From the NCBI RefSeq assembly GCF_009914755.1, contig NC_060939.1: a stretch of DNA of 64,000 nt; one strand, given 5' to 3'. The position numbers were made by a program, and so were the translations under genes. The notes below the pieces were generated by a model that ran no database searches, was not told where the DNA came from, and was given only the letters and a program-made list of their open reading frames with translations. Source of the DNA: the human T2T-CHM13v2.0 reference genome, Homo sapiens. Shown one piece after another: positions 38,794-54,902 of this stretch; within the stretch, counting starts at the first letter, position 1; every line of letters begins with the position of its first letter.

Positions 38794-39927
38794 TCACTCT
38801 TTAAGATTCTGATGTCTAAAGGCAAGCCCCTAAAGGCAGCACCAACAAGCAAAACCTAGCACCGCTCAGGACCATCGTTCCAGTTTACTTGCCGAACCAA
38901 ACAGGTTTATGTCATTGACAATATACTTCATTACTACCAAATCACAAATTGAATGCCAATCAAGGCATAGATTTGAAATATGAAAACAAACTTGTAACTT
39001 GATAAGTCATCTTTGGGCATTTTGGAATCTTCTGGAAAATGATTTCCTGCACAATGGTTTGTTCTCCAGCTTATACAGAAGTTACTCATACATTATCTCA
39101 TAGTCCATACTCTATTGGAGTGTGATGGATGTTACCATCCCCACTGGACGGCCAAAGAAACTGAGGCCCAGAGAGTCCAATGGCTTCACCCAGCAGAGCG
39201 GTCTTCACCAGCTCATCTGCGGGTTGGGTCTGTGCTCTTTGAATGTGCCAACTCTTTGGTTGAAAATAACACAATCGTACTTCTTTTCATTTTGTCCCCA
39301 GTTGTCATTAATTCCGAGGGCTTCTTCCAACAAATCCAGAGGAATGAGTCTTGAAAATACAGCCCACAGGCTATACTTTTTAGAGGCCAGGCCCTGGCAG
39401 GCAACATGCGAGTGTTGGAAGAGCCCCTCTGAAGGGAGGCAATGGCAGAAGGGACGAGGAAAGGTGTGTGGTTTGGGAGCCAGAGTGAGTCCTGTCCAAA
39501 TCCTAGCTCTGACACTGGCCCACCTGGTAACCTTGGGTGAGTCACTGAGTTTCTTTGGTGCCTCAGAAGGTTGAAATGGCAAAATCAGCATAAGGCTCCT
39601 GGCCACTCAGGGCTGGTCCTTATCATTGTGTATCCTGGTTTGTTTACTACTCTGCCCCGAGATCAGACTCACACAGCAAGTCTATACCCAGTTCTTCACT
39701 TAATGACTGGAATTTGTTCTTGAAAACTGCTGCTAAATGAAAATCTATTAAATGAAAAACTCATTCCATACATTTTAATAGGGAAAAATGATTCCTTCCA
39801 TCCCCATGGCCTGTTTTAAGGCGGCCTCATGGGCAAACTCTCCAAGGATATGGTCTGGGAATTTATGTGTCTGCAAAGCTCCACAGGTGATTCTAATGCA
39901 TGCCCAGGCCTGAGAACTCTCCTGACT

Positions 39928-40073
39928 CCTTTCTTTTTCTTTTTTTTTTTTTTAATTAGAGATGGGATCTCCCTGTGTTATCCAGGCTGGTCTGGAACTC
40001 CTGGGCTCAAGTGATCCTCCCGCCTCGGCCTCCCAAGTTGCTGGGATTACAGGCATGAGGCACCATGTCCACC
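39928..40073 (-). mobile_element. FLAM (free left Alu monomer)
   Basis: Single left arm with poly(T). Confidence 0.85.
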
Positions 40074-40879
40074 CAACCCCTTCCTTTTCCCTTTGAAGAG
40101 CCCAAGATTCCCTCACACCGGCCCCAAGATCTGAAATGTGGTAGGGGTTTTACACCAAATAGTGCTTTACAATCATACCCATTAGCTTCCTAAACCCCAT
40201 TTTACAGATGGAGAAAATATTTTACAGACTGGAGGCTGGCTCAAGGCCACCCAGACAAAATGGCAGTGCTCTGGGCTGAATCACAGGTGGGTCCATTCTG
40301 AGGTCTGTGCTCTCTGACCTGTGTGTGTGAGGAAGATGGCTTTGCTAACCCAGGCCTCCCTGATATTAGACCTGATGGTCTCAGATCATCATCTGCCAAG
40401 GATTGAAGGTTCGAGTGTGCCTGGCCTCTGCTGCAGCTCGCACGTACACAGCTGAGGGGCCCCAGCACTTTTACACAGGGTCCTGGCTCATGGTTTCCTC
40501 AGAGATTTCCCAGTGAATAAATCCCAGGCCCTCTTGGTGTAAACAGGAAAAGATGACTAGCCGGGGCATTTGGTGGGTGCTGCCTGGCCCTTGGACACCT
40601 CATACATCAAAGCGGGTGCCCCGGGAGCTCTGGCATGGAGAGGGGGTTGATTCAGGGCAGCCAGGTAGAATTGAGCTCTTCCCAACACCTGTGTCCCCTC
40701 CCCAGCCAGCTGGGCTTCTGTTTGGAGGCCGGGGCAATGAGTGCTTTCCGTACCGTCTGGGAGACAGTGTGTTCCTGTTGTGATGGGGCTGTGTGTGTCA
40801 AGAGGTGAGAGATACTCCTGCCGCCAGAGAGTTTGCAGCCTCCCTGGAGAGACCAGACACGCACTGTAAAAGGGAGTGA

Positions 40880-41100
40880 AAGAGGTGCATGTGCATGACT
40901 GTGTGTGTGTGCGTGTGTGTGTGTGCACCTGCACAGAAAGTGCACCTATGGTCTGTGAGCTAGGAGAAAGGCTAGGGAGGAGGAGGAAAGGCATGGAGAG
41001 AAGGGGAGAAAAGAGGAAGAAAAGGGAGGGCAGGAGAAGGAAGAGAAGAGGGAGGAGTGGGAGAGAGGCGAGGAGAAGAAGGAGAGGAAAGTGCAGGGAG
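40880..41100. repeat. (TG)n followed by a GA-rich purine tract
   Basis: Read directly from the sequence. Confidence 0.85.
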
Positions 41101-41248
41101 CTGGAGCCAGAGGCCTCAGGGGCTTCATTTTCCAGCTGACCACCACCCCCTTGGTTGGATGCAGGATCAAGACTATTCCTTCAGGCCTGGGGTTCCAGGT
41201 GCACTGCCTGGAGGGTACAGCAAGTAGTAATATACAAGAGGAAGGGAG

Positions 41249-41551
41249 GGTCTGTGTGGTGGCTCCCACCTGTAATTCCAGCACTTCGGGAGTCTGAAGC
41301 TGGAGGATCACTTGAGCCCCGGAGTCTGAGCCCAGGAGTTCGAGACCAGCCACAGTGAGACCCTAGTATGGTGACCTACACTTGTGGTCCCAGCTACTTA
41401 GGAGGCTGAGGCAGGAGAATCACTTGGGCCCAGGAGGCAGAGGCTGCAGTGAGCTATGATTGTGCCACTGCACTTCAGCCTGGGTGACAGAGCGAGACCC
41501 TGTCCTCCCCAGCCCCCCCTAAAAAAAAAGAAAAGAAAAAAAAAGAAAAAA
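41249..41551 (+). mobile_element. AluJ, rearranged
   Basis: Internal 13-bp duplication and a deleted linker. Confidence 0.9.
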
Positions 41552-41559
41552 GTGAGGTG

Positions 41560-41790
41560 GGCCAGTTGCAAAATTGGAGTGGACCGAGGCTGACTAGAGA
41601 GTCTTGTCCAAAGGTCTCAGCCTCCGGAAGCTCCAGCTTATTGTTGCCATGTGGAACAAGAACTCCGTGTTGCCAGATTTTCCAATTTTCTAATCCAGAA
41701 GCTGAATTCCTGTAAAAATTTCCAATTTTTAAAGCCTCACTTGGACCAAACAACACACATTTGTGGGCCGGATTCTGCCTGCTCAGCATC
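41560..41790 (+). mobile_element. MER102-like hAT-Charlie
   Basis: gtgttgccagattt...ccaaacaacacacatttgtgggccggatt. Confidence 0.6.
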
Positions 41791-44700
41791 TGACCTGGTC
41801 TCTTGGCTTAGAAAAGAGCACGGCTTTGGGGTCAGATGAACTGTGTGTGTATCTTATCTGCCACTTTCTGCCTGCAGGGCCCCAGACAAGTTATTTAATC
41901 TCGGAGCCTCTGTTTTCTTATCTGCAAGATGTGGATAAGAATGGCTCTCTCCAAGGGTTGTGGTGGGATTAAAGATAACACGTGCAAGAGTCCCCTACAG
42001 GGAACTAGCAACTAGCACGTAGTAAGTCATCGACAAACAGGTCTGTCTGTCTTCAGCTTGCTCTTCTCAGGCAATACTTCTTAGAAAGGCCCCCTTGAAC
42101 ATCTTTCCTCTGGAAACAATCTCCCTTGGTTTACAGTGAAGAGATAGACAGTCTATTCATTTGAATCTGGGACTGTCTGGATGGTAGTTTACTGGCTGAT
42201 GTGTTTGAGAAGGCTTTCTTCCCAAAGCGGAGGGCACAAGTAACCAGACGTGTGCAGGCAGGCATAACCCTCTCTACCCATTCCACCTTCCCCCTCTGTA
42301 AGAGACTGAAGCTCAGAGAAGGGAAGGAAGGCTTGTCCAAGGCCACCTAGCAACTGTCAGTGGCAGAGCTAAGAGGAGAATTCAGTTTCATGGCTCCCAG
42401 CCCATGGCTCTCTGCACCCCCTCTTTCAGCTGGGAATGAGTCTCCAGAACTTGGGAGGCCCTGGTTTTCTCGCAGAAGGTACTGTCAGGCTGCCTCTGGG
42501 TGAGCTGGAGCCTGAAGAAACTCAAGCCTGCAGATGTGGCAGGTGCTCCTGCAAGCTCTCTCAAGCCTTGGAGCCCTTGAGCCAGGGAGGAGAGCCTGGG
42601 AGCAGAGTCTGGCCTGGGCCATATCTGGGCCTGGGCTCCACCCTTCCCTGTTCTGGTCCTGACTGTGCATTGCTCCCCTACCTGGGCATATTCATTCCCT
42701 CGGCCTCCTTAGCCAAAGTGTGCACTTGCTCAGAAAGGGGGCCCTGTCTTGCCATCTCAGTACTTCCCATAACAAATCAAGCACTCAAGACCTAGTAGGT
42801 GTTCAGTGAAAGCTTGCTGAATGGAAAAAATGGAGGAAGAAGGACTGACTGCTTGTCTACCAAAGGAGCAAAAACAAATTGAGAACACCACCACCAAAAG
42901 CTGACAAGATAGTAGTGGTGAAACTGGTATACCCAACTCCTGCTGGTAGCATTTGGAATTATTACATCTTTTAAGAAAGCGCTTGCACCATAGATAGGAT
43001 GCACTCTACAGATTCTCCTCCCCTTTGACCTAGTCATTCTACTTCTGGGAATATGCAAATGTTCTCTCCTTTCTTAAGTCATCATTTTTTCTCCCTACGG
43101 CTCTACCTATTATTTGAATAACCTTTTCCTCTTTCTTCCCTCCCAGAGATTTCTTGCCCAGAGACTTCTTGAAGTGCTTTTGCTGTCCTGGTCCAAACTG
43201 CTTTTAAGGGAACATTAACTCATGAGCAAGGCTGGCACTTTTAAGCCCATTAACATTAGACACACATGAGATGGCAGCCCCGAGTCTTGGAAGCCAGGCA
43301 TGACAGCAGGGCTGGTTTTTCCTTCTGTTCCTGGGGCTGCCCTTGGGCTTACAGCGCAGTCAGCCATGTTTGCCTTTGGTGCTCTCCTGCCATCTCCTTC
43401 TAAGTCCTCTCTGCCTTTCCCCTTCAGAAATCTTGTCCATGTCTCAACAGATGAGAACCTTGAAGGCCTCCGCCCAGGAGGGCCCAAGATGTTTTCCCTC
43501 CTTAGGGAATTGGTCTAATAGGATGGATTTCTGGGGAGAGAAAGGGAGAGCATGCTGGGTAAGTATCAAGATGGGCGTAGGAGGCAGGTATAGCTGGAAG
43601 GACAAGAAGCACCTTTCCAAGTAGCTCCTTTAGGAGCAAAGACAAACTGAAACAGAGAAGTCCAGTGAAATAAGTACCCGATGTGAGATTCACAGAACAA
43701 CTCAAAATATTTCTAGCCAGTATTATATTGTCACCCCAGATTCTCCTGTTGAATGGAGCACAGCTTCTGATCAGATTTGTGTCTTTGGGAGAAGAGCTTG
43801 CGAACAAATAAACAAACTTGTTTCTGAGAGCCAAAGGAGGGATTTCGTAAGACAAGAGTTCACAGTGAGTCTAGGGTCTCTCCCTTTCCATGCCAAGTGT
43901 ATTGGCAAAGCCCCTGCTTTCTTTCTCCACACCAGCACAGTCAGATGCATTGGCATAGGGGCTACTGATCTTATTGCTTCTTACTTTTCCATGAAATGCT
44001 GTGTCCTGGAGTGCTATTCATCTTTTCAATGTACATCTAGTGTTGGCTTCCAGTTGCTAGAGTCTTCTGGAATATGCACTTACCATATTCTCCTTAACTT
44101 TTCTGCATGAGGAACATCTAGGCCACCTACACATCCCCATATCACAAACATCACCGCAATCCACCTCCTGGACATGGACCTTTATGTACCTCTTGTTCCC
44201 TACAAGGGAGAGCCAAATCTCTACCTCCCCTGAGAAATTTACCTGTGAACACATGGGTATTGGAGAGGTCCTCAGAGATGGTTTCATCCAACTGGTCAAT
44301 TTTCCAGATGAGGACTGTGAGCATCCAAGAGGGGAAATAACTTGCCCCCAGTCACCCATACATTCAATTGGTAGCAGACCCTGACTACAACCTTGGTCTA
44401 CCTCCTCCTCTTTCCTCCTCCCCAAGCTTAGAAAATTAGAGGCAGCAACCAGGTAACAAAGGATGTAGCCAGGTAGAGACACATAGATTCAGAGCAGGAC
44501 AAAAGCTTGACTAGATGGTAGCAAGGGGGAACGAATGAAAGACTTTGAACCTCCAGGTTTATCTGTCTTATGAAAGATACAGGAGTCTGGCTGAAGCTGC
44601 CTGGTCACTGAAGGGGTGTGTACGTGTGTGTGTGAGAACTCTGTTTCATCCTGAAAAGATAATGATACCAGCAGTGATGTTGCCTCTACAGAGAGAGCAA

Positions 44701-44958
44701 ACAAGCCTGGAGCAGACGCAGAGGGAAGACATTGAGGAACAGCCAAGTCAAGCCAGCTGTCCTCTCAGCAGCCAAGGTGGTTTCCGATCCATGTGCTGTG
44801 GCGTGCTCCTGAAGCCAGAATTGCCTGTGTGTGAGTGACAACTCAGGAGGGTCTCTCCTAGACACTTGTTAAGTCACCAGGGGGTTTCTAGTAAAAATAA
44901 CACAAGCCGTAGAGAACTCTGGACTTGTCAAAGTGCCTTCTTATCCCTTATCACATGA

Positions 44959-45302
<344 letters not shown>

Positions 45303-45460
45303 TTATTGTTAAAAATCTAAAAAAATACAAACAGACATAAGAACAATAATTTTAAAATTTCATGATCCTTGAAGTATTTGTTTTGTCAAAATATTAGAAA
45401 ATTTTATTGCTATTGTTATAAAATTTATTTTTTCACCAAATATTTTATTGTTTCCTTTCC

Positions 45461-45754
45461 TTTTTTTTTTTTTGAGACAGTGTCTCACTCCGTCACCCAG
45501 GCTGGAGTGCAGTGTCATGATCTCTGCTCAGTGCAGCCTCTGCCTCCCAGGTTCAAGTGATTCTCCTGCCTCAGCCTCCTGAGTAGCTGGAATTACAGGC
45601 AGGCACCACCGTGCCCTGCTAATTTTGTATTTTTAGTAGAGATGGGGTTTCACCATATTGGCTAGGCTGGTCTCGAACTCCTGACCTCAAGTGGTCCACC
45701 TGCCTCGGCCTCCTAAAGTGCTGGGATTACAGGCGTGAACCACCGTGCCCAGCC
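45461..45754 (-). mobile_element. AluS
   Basis: Dimeric Alu. Confidence 0.95.
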
Positions 45755-47009
45755 AGCCTTTCCTCTTTATATGTCTTTAAATATTCTTCACAAGCATTAT
45801 TGTAAAAGACTATATAATATTCCATGTGTGACTATATCATAATTAATTAAACCATTCTCCTGCAGTGTCATGTTAATGGACATTTATGTGGTTTTTGAAA
45901 TTTTGCTATTATAAATCTGTGACAAGCATTGTGTGACATATATATATCTTTGCCCCCAATTCTGACAATTTCCTTGGATTAGATTCCTAGAAGGAGACTT
46001 ACTGTGTCAAAAGATTTTTTGGGGGCAGGGTTCTTAAAATGTAGCACCAAATTGCTTTCTAATGTAAGGTGCTGTTAGTTTATACCTGTGTCCACATAGA
46101 GTAATATTACTTTTTTGAAGTTTTTGCTAACTTAATAGTTTAAAAATGACTTAAAAATTATTTATGGCACATTTTTATTTGTTTGTGTTTTTGTGGTCAT
46201 TAATTTGCATTTATCTTGTGAATTTTCCATGTATATTTTGTTGATTTTTCCATTGGCATTCTAGTTGTTTTCTTATCAATTTGACTGACTCTATATATTC
46301 AGATCAATCTTTCTTTTTATTACAAATGTTTTCAAGTTTGTAATGAGGCTTTTTAGTTTACTTTATTATGTTTATGAGAATTTGAAATATTTCAATTTTT
46401 CTTTGGTCAAAGGTATTAATTTTTCTTTATCTTTCTTACTTTCATGTCTTTTATCCTTCTAGAGCTTGTTTCACTGCATTTTAAGAGCCAATATTTATCT
46501 TTGCTTTCTTCTAGATTTTTATGGCTTTGCTTTTTATGTTTAGCTCTTTAATCCTCTGTAATTTATTTTGGAATCAAGTATGACGTGAAGATCTAAACTT
46601 ATTTCATTTTCTAAATTGTTAACCAATTGCCTTATTACCAGTTAATCCATAATTTTTTTCTTTCCTTGCTGCTAGGAGCTGCCATTTTATTATCTGCTGA
46701 CTCTACATATGTACCTAGCATGTTTATGTCCTAAGCTCTGCTGTTAGGCTAATTTTCTTTTTCCTCTTTCATTGACTTATCTAATAATTTTTGCACTGCA
46801 GCCATACTGGTTTCTATAAGGATTATAACCTTGTATTATAATATTTTTTTGCAGGGACAGTCTCCTCTCATTTCACTTAATTCTCAAAATCTTCTTGGCT
46901 ACCTTCATCTCTTCATTTTTTCCAGATGAAAATTAGAATAATTTAGAAATTTAGAATAACTTGATCAAGGCCTAGATTTCCATAGTTTAAAAAAATTGCA
47001 TTACATTTA

Positions 47010-47458
<449 letters not shown>

Positions 47459-48096
47459 TTATTTAAGTCTTCTTTATATCTCTGAAATGTTTTATTATTT
47501 GTCCATGTTGTCCTGCTCATTTACTATTAAGGTAATTCACATTTACAATATTTGTGGCTACTGTCAATGGTATCTTCTTTTCCAAATGTTATGCTCTTAC
47601 TTGTTCTTGTTGGTACATGGAAAAAGTAATTTTAAAAAGTATACTGTACATATATATTTATTTTGCATTTAGTATTAGTAGAATTTGAGTATTATTATTC
47701 TAATAGGTTTTTTGGGTTTGTGTTTTGAGAAATTTTTTAGGTAGGCAAAAGTATGCTATCTGACAATTGTATCTCCTCCCTTCTGTTTGCTATCCCTCAT
47801 ATCTTCTCATGTCTAATTGTATTATATTTGCTGAGGCCCACAGAATAGTGTTACATAATGGGAGTATTTAAGTAATAATGGGAGTAATAATCCCTATTAA
47901 GTTAATATATATTATTGATTTTTTTTACATTTTGATGGAATACTTCTGGTTTCTCACTAGGTAGTATGTTGGCTGATTTGAGAAAGGTTTCTGTTTTTGT
48001 TTTAATCAAGGTAGGAAAGTGTCTTATTTCTAGTTTACTTACAGGTTTTTTAAATGAGTTCTTTATGTAACATTTTATTGAATCTTCTTTTCTATG

Positions 48097-48447
<351 letters not shown>

Positions 48448-48619
48448 TAACTTATTGATATGATGTCTTATATTAGCAGGTTTTCTAATATTAAATCATG
48501 TCCACATTCCAGGAATAAAAATTACCTGATCATGGCCTATTCATGTTTTCATTTAAAGCTGCTTTTGCTTTGCTAGTATTTTACTTTGGATTTTTGTGTC
48601 AATATAACAGATTGTTAAG

Positions 48620-50690
48620 AAGGCAAGATCTGGAATGAGGCTGCCTGGGTTTGAATCCTGGACTTGCCATCTCTGGCTGTGTGCCCTTGGGCAAGTTCTT
48701 TCCCTCTCTGATTCTCCACAAAAAATGGGATAGTACTGGCATCCAGCTCAGCTCCTAGGGTTATAAGAATTCAATAAGAGCAATATGTGTAAAGTATTTC
48801 TACATTTATCTCATCCAAACCTAATGACCTTATGAATTAGGCATTGCCAGCTTCGTTTAATAAAATAGAAAACTGAGGCTCAGAAAGGTTAAGTGACTTG
48901 CTCAAAGTCACACCGCTGCTGAATTGCTGGTGAGATATGTCTTCTCCACTTCTCTTTGCCATCTCTCAGTAATTGAGAGCCATTTGCAGTTCTTCAAGGA
49001 GCAAACAGTTCAACATCTGCTTGCCTTAGACATACAATTTCCCTTGTTCTGAAGGACCATATTTTCTTTGTCTGAAAAACTTCTACTCATCCTTCAAAAC
49101 CCAGGTCAAGTATCTCTTCCCCTATGCAGACTTTGTGCCTCATTGGAAAGATTCTGTAAGTTACCATGGCATCTAATGCTTATATTTTTATACCTGTCAC
49201 ACCATTTTGCAGTGGTTTCATCCTCCCCCAGGGTCCTAGGCCTCCGAGAAGGGTTCACCCCCATCTGTTGAACTGAGTGGAGAAGGAGTGTGGCATGGGA
49301 GAAAGGGCCCATGTTTTGGAGACCAACTGGAATCTAATTCTCAGCTCCACCAATACCAACAACTTATCTTTCTCCTCCCCAGACTCATTTTCCTCTTCTG
49401 TAAAATAGGAATAATATCTCAACCTCACAAGGCAGTTGTGGAAATCACATGTGGGTAAAGCCCTCAGCTCAGCACCCAACACATAGTAAGTGCTCAATAA
49501 ACATTGTTCCTCTTTTCCCCCTTTTTCCTTTTCCTTTTTTTCCCTCTCCTCTGACACCTCTTTCTCCATGGGAGAACCACAAGCTTCCCGGCCAGGGGCC
49601 ATTTCCCACACATCTTTCTCCCCACTAGCATCTGGCATGAGCCAAATAAGAAATGCTTCTTGATCAAGTCTCCCCACAACCTTGTGAAAAAGGAAGGGAT
49701 TTGTGTACCCATTTTACAGAAGATGAAACTGAGGCCCTAAGGAGAAAAGGACCTGCCTAAGGTCACAGAGGTGAGTAAGCAGTAGAGCCAGCACCAGAAC
49801 CTAAATTCCTTGACCTAATTTCTACTCAAAGGCATTGTTTCTCTGGCCCTAAAATGGCTGCACTTATAGAAATGCATTCCTCAACTTGCACCCTCTGGGA
49901 CTGTGCCAACAGGTAGATGTTGAAAGAAAAGCAATGAGCCAAACCACACTCTTCCATTGTTTTTGGCATTTAATTATGTTACCCTCTCATAGCATCTGGG
50001 GGCTGAGTTCAGCACTGGGGCTGTGGTGTCAGCCAATCCTAGGATGAAATCCCAGCTCTGCCACTTTATGAGTTGAGTGATAAAAAACAAGTGACAGAAT
50101 CAGGAGTTTTGTTTGACCCTTTGTTTTCCAAACTTGGCAGCATAATGAACAACCTGAGCAAGACCAACAACAGCAACACCAACAATCGGACTTGCCTAAG
50201 AGTTTCAGGAGACACATCTTTATCCTGGCTTTAAAGATGAGAAAATCAAGGCACCAAGATGCTAAGTAAATTGCCCGGATTTACAGCCATGGCACAGAAG
50301 AGCTAGATTGCAAACCTGGGCCACCTGGCTGCAGACGCTACTTGGTTTTTCTCGTGAGGGATGGGCTAGAGTTCTGAGGAAACGCTTGTGGGTGTGTGAG
50401 AGACCCTTGCTGGATGACAATTGGCCCCTTTCTGTCCAGAGTTAACACCCGAATCTTCAGAGGTACAAAAATTAAAGCAGCAGTAAGGAGCAGTGTGGCT
50501 CCAGGGAACTGACTGGCCTGGAGCCTGTATTACCAAAGGCAGCAAGAAAACACCAGGCTCTGGCCAGGCAGGCTTCGGTTCTGATCTCAGATCTTGGACT
50601 AGCTCCGAGGCCTGGCCCAGGGCAAGTCACCTCATCCTCAAGCCTCAGTTTCCTTGTCCAAGAAATGGGATAATAATAAGGAGCTGGTGT
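48620..50690. mobile_element. MIR-dense block with L2 pieces, both orientations
   Basis: At least six MIR cores, e.g. 48640, 48860, 49380, 49710, 50230 and 50620. Confidence 0.7.
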
Positions 50691-50999
50691 GAGGTTTGGC
50701 CCCCTTTGCTTTTTCACACCCTATAGTGGGTCATAGCCCAGGCTTGGCAGTTTAGCTTTAGGAGGAGGTCCTCTCCTCACTGCCCTCCCTCGCCAAGTCC
50801 TCAGGTACCTGCCTTGTTCTTGCCAACGTCTCAACAGTGCTCTTTCCTCCTGTCTTTGATCTCCAAACCACTCTGCCTCCGCGACCAGAATCTTCGTCTA
50901 CCAGTGCCATTCCCCAGCCAGGAAGTCAGCAACTCCCCGCCTCTACCCGTCCTGACGCTGACCCTCTCCAGGTGCACACACATGCATCCACATACAAAT

Positions 51000-51430
51000 G
51001 ATCTTGGTTTGGGTTCTTCCAAAAGCGGAGTCAAGGACTCAAGGGCAAGTAGTTCGTTTGAGAGATGTCCCAGAAAACACCAGTGGGGAGAAGAGAAGTG
51101 AGAGTGAGAGGGAGGGTGCCCAGTACAGACAGGGGTATTCTCAAGCCAGTGGCCACTGTGGGTGCCAGGGCTCAACCCTCCTGGGAAATCCCAGGAAAGA
51201 GTCTAGAACTTCGATCTCAGAGCCGTGCCATTTGAGGGCCAGGGGGCTGGGCTATGACTCACGAGCTCTTGCCAATCACTGGGTGAGGGCTGCTCCCCAG
51301 GGTTGTTAATTCCTGGCACTACCAGTCTTTTCATGCCTGGGGAGTGCAGACTCCAGTGGCCACAGTTAGGTTCCAGCTGAAGGGATTCTGACGGTGGCAG
51401 ACGGAAGCTGGCAAGACAAAGGGCCAGGGC
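51000..51430 (-). mobile_element. LTR33-like ERVL solo LTR
   Basis: gcaagtagttcgtttgagagatgtcccagaaaacaccag...aatcactgggtgagggctgctcccc. Confidence 0.7.
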
Positions 51431-51452
51431 AGGGCACCGACAGACTCTGCTA

Positions 51453-51639
51453 CAAGGGTGGGCCTCGCACATGGAGGGCATTTGCATCTCTTGGACGGCC
51501 TGATAAGCACAGATTTCTGGGCCCCACACTCAGAGTGTCGGCTTCAGGAAGACTGGGGCGGGGCCCGGAGTCTGCATTTTTACCAAGTGCCTAAGTGGTA
51601 TGCTGCTGGTTGTCCAGGGTCCACAGTGAAAACCACCGT
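51453..51639. mobile_element. MER5A-like MITE
   Basis: cacagatttctgggccccac..tcagag...ctggggcggggccc..tctgcatttttaccaag. Confidence 0.75.
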
Positions 51640-51642
51640 GCT

Positions 51643-51645
<3 letters not shown>

Positions 51646-51691
<46 letters not shown>
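51646..51691. repeat. (CA)n microsatellite, about 23 units
   Basis: Read directly from the sequence. Confidence 0.97.
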
Positions 51692-51692
<1 letters not shown>

Positions 51693-53866
51693 CCTGCCAA
51701 ATAAAGTCCAAATGTCTCCGCCTAGTGTTCAAGCCACTCTGTCATCTCCTCTAAATACAGTTGCAATGTTATCTCCCGCAGGCCCCCTGCAGATATTGAT
51801 GGCTTTTTTGTGCTGTCTCTGGAACCTGCTCTCTTCTTTCTGGCCTCTATATCTTGGCTTGCTCTGTTCTCTGCTGAAATATCCTTTGTCTGCCATTCCT
51901 GCCTTTTGAGACTGTGCCCATCCTTTAATTTCAATAGCTTACCTCTTTTCTTCAGTCCTTCCCTTGTCCCAACTCCTTCCCCTCGTCCACTTGCTCTGGG
52001 CCTTCATAACCCCTTATCTGGGCCTCTCCAGCAGCACTTGTGGCTGCCTACCTTTATCCTTAGGAAATAAGTGCTTGATTTATCCTCTTCATAACACCCT
52101 ACAAATCACTCTGTCAAAGAAGATCTCTTGATTTTCAAAGCCACCCTGGGACATAGGGAGTTGGGTGGTATTATTAGCTCTATTTTGCAGATGAGGTTGA
52201 GAGAAGCCAAGTAATTAGCCCAAGGCCACACAGCTGGAACTGGTTGATCAGGCTTTGACTTTGGGTCTTCTAGGTGGAAATTCTGCATTCTGCTCTCCCT
52301 CTTGTCTCCTCCCTGCTCTACTGGCAGCCCTCGAGGGCAGAGGCGGAAATACCTTCAATCAATATTTGTTGGATGAGTGGATGGGATGAGTTGGAATGGA
52401 CTGGAATCTTCTTTGAGTTGTTCCCAGAATAGGCTCTTATAGAAAAGCTTGGCCTTTGGTTGACAAAATGCCTTAAATCCTTCATGTTGCCTCAGAGAAC
52501 AGTTACCCATCTTCCCCTCTAGAACCCAGAAATTGCAGACTCTAAAATCCCTGTCTGGGGTCAGACCACCCTTTCTCAAGCTTTGCTTCATGATGAACCA
52601 ACATCCTTGAGCCATCCCCTTCCCCTGCCAGCAAGGCTGAGAAACTCCATGGTCATCTTATCCCTCCAGGTGGCCCCCAATCATCTTCCCATCGTCCCAG
52701 AACCATCAGCAAAATCCTAGGAAATGTGGTTACTTCCAGTGAGCAAGGGATACCCATGACTTGTGACTTATAGAAATAAAGGGTCTTGGGGAGAGTGAAT
52801 CGAAACAAGGGAGAGAAAGGGGTGGGTGGGTGGATGGTGCTTCTTGCAGGGATTGGCCTTTGTCTGCAATGTCTGGGCAGAGGGGGACCCTGTTCGTGGT
52901 CCTTGAAAAGGGAGTTCAGTGTGAGGGGACCTGACCTATAGTCAAGAGATCTGGGCACACTTTATCTCTCTGAGCCTTGATCTACCTGTGTACCCTGACT
53001 TCCTCAAAGGGCAATTTTAAGAGCCAGATGAGATAATGATTATGCAGGTAGTTTATAAATCACAAAGCCCCATACTATATCAAAACCAAATTCTTATTAT
53101 ACAGACAGGGAAGCCGATTCCCATAGAAGTGACCCAAGACGCACAGTTGATCAGCATCCCAGCATTCACTGGGATATGCCTTACCATCCCCAGGCTCCCA
53201 GCTTCTCTGTGCTGACAAGGGATGGAGCCCTGGAGTCTGGGGCTAAAGCTCCAGATCTGGCGCCACCTCTGGTACCAGCCTACCGTGTAATCTCGGGCCA
53301 GTTACTTCATGTCTCTGGACTTCAGCTTCTTCGTTTTTTTCTTTTCAAAGAGCCCTCTTTCCTTATTTTCCTGATTGTCCTCCCTGCCAGCTACCTCATT
53401 CATAACATCTTTAGCCACCATCTTTCTCTATGACCTCAAATCCATATCTCCAGCCCCGTTTTTATTCTTTGCCCCAGAACCTACTGTATGCCTATGAAAC
53501 ACTCAACAGGTACCAAATGGAACCCAGGTCTTTCCCCACAAACCTGAACCTCTTCCTGTATTTCTTGTCTTAATGAATAATATCATTTCATGTGACTCAA
53601 CCACATGACAGATGATGAGGAAACTGAGGTCCAGAGAGGCTAAGAGGCTTGCCCAATTTACACAGCAATCGGTTGACAGAGATATTAATAGAACTAGAGC
53701 TCAAATTTCCTGACTCAGGGCCAGATGTGCCATTCTACTCTCTTCCATTTGACTGGGGAGTGACTTGAAAATATTTTCATTAGTCTCTCAATGACAGGTT
53801 TGTGTTAGTCAGGATAGGTTGGGCTATGGTGCAGGAATAATAAGCCCTGGCATCTCAGTGGCTTAG

Positions 53867-54902
<1,036 letters not shown>
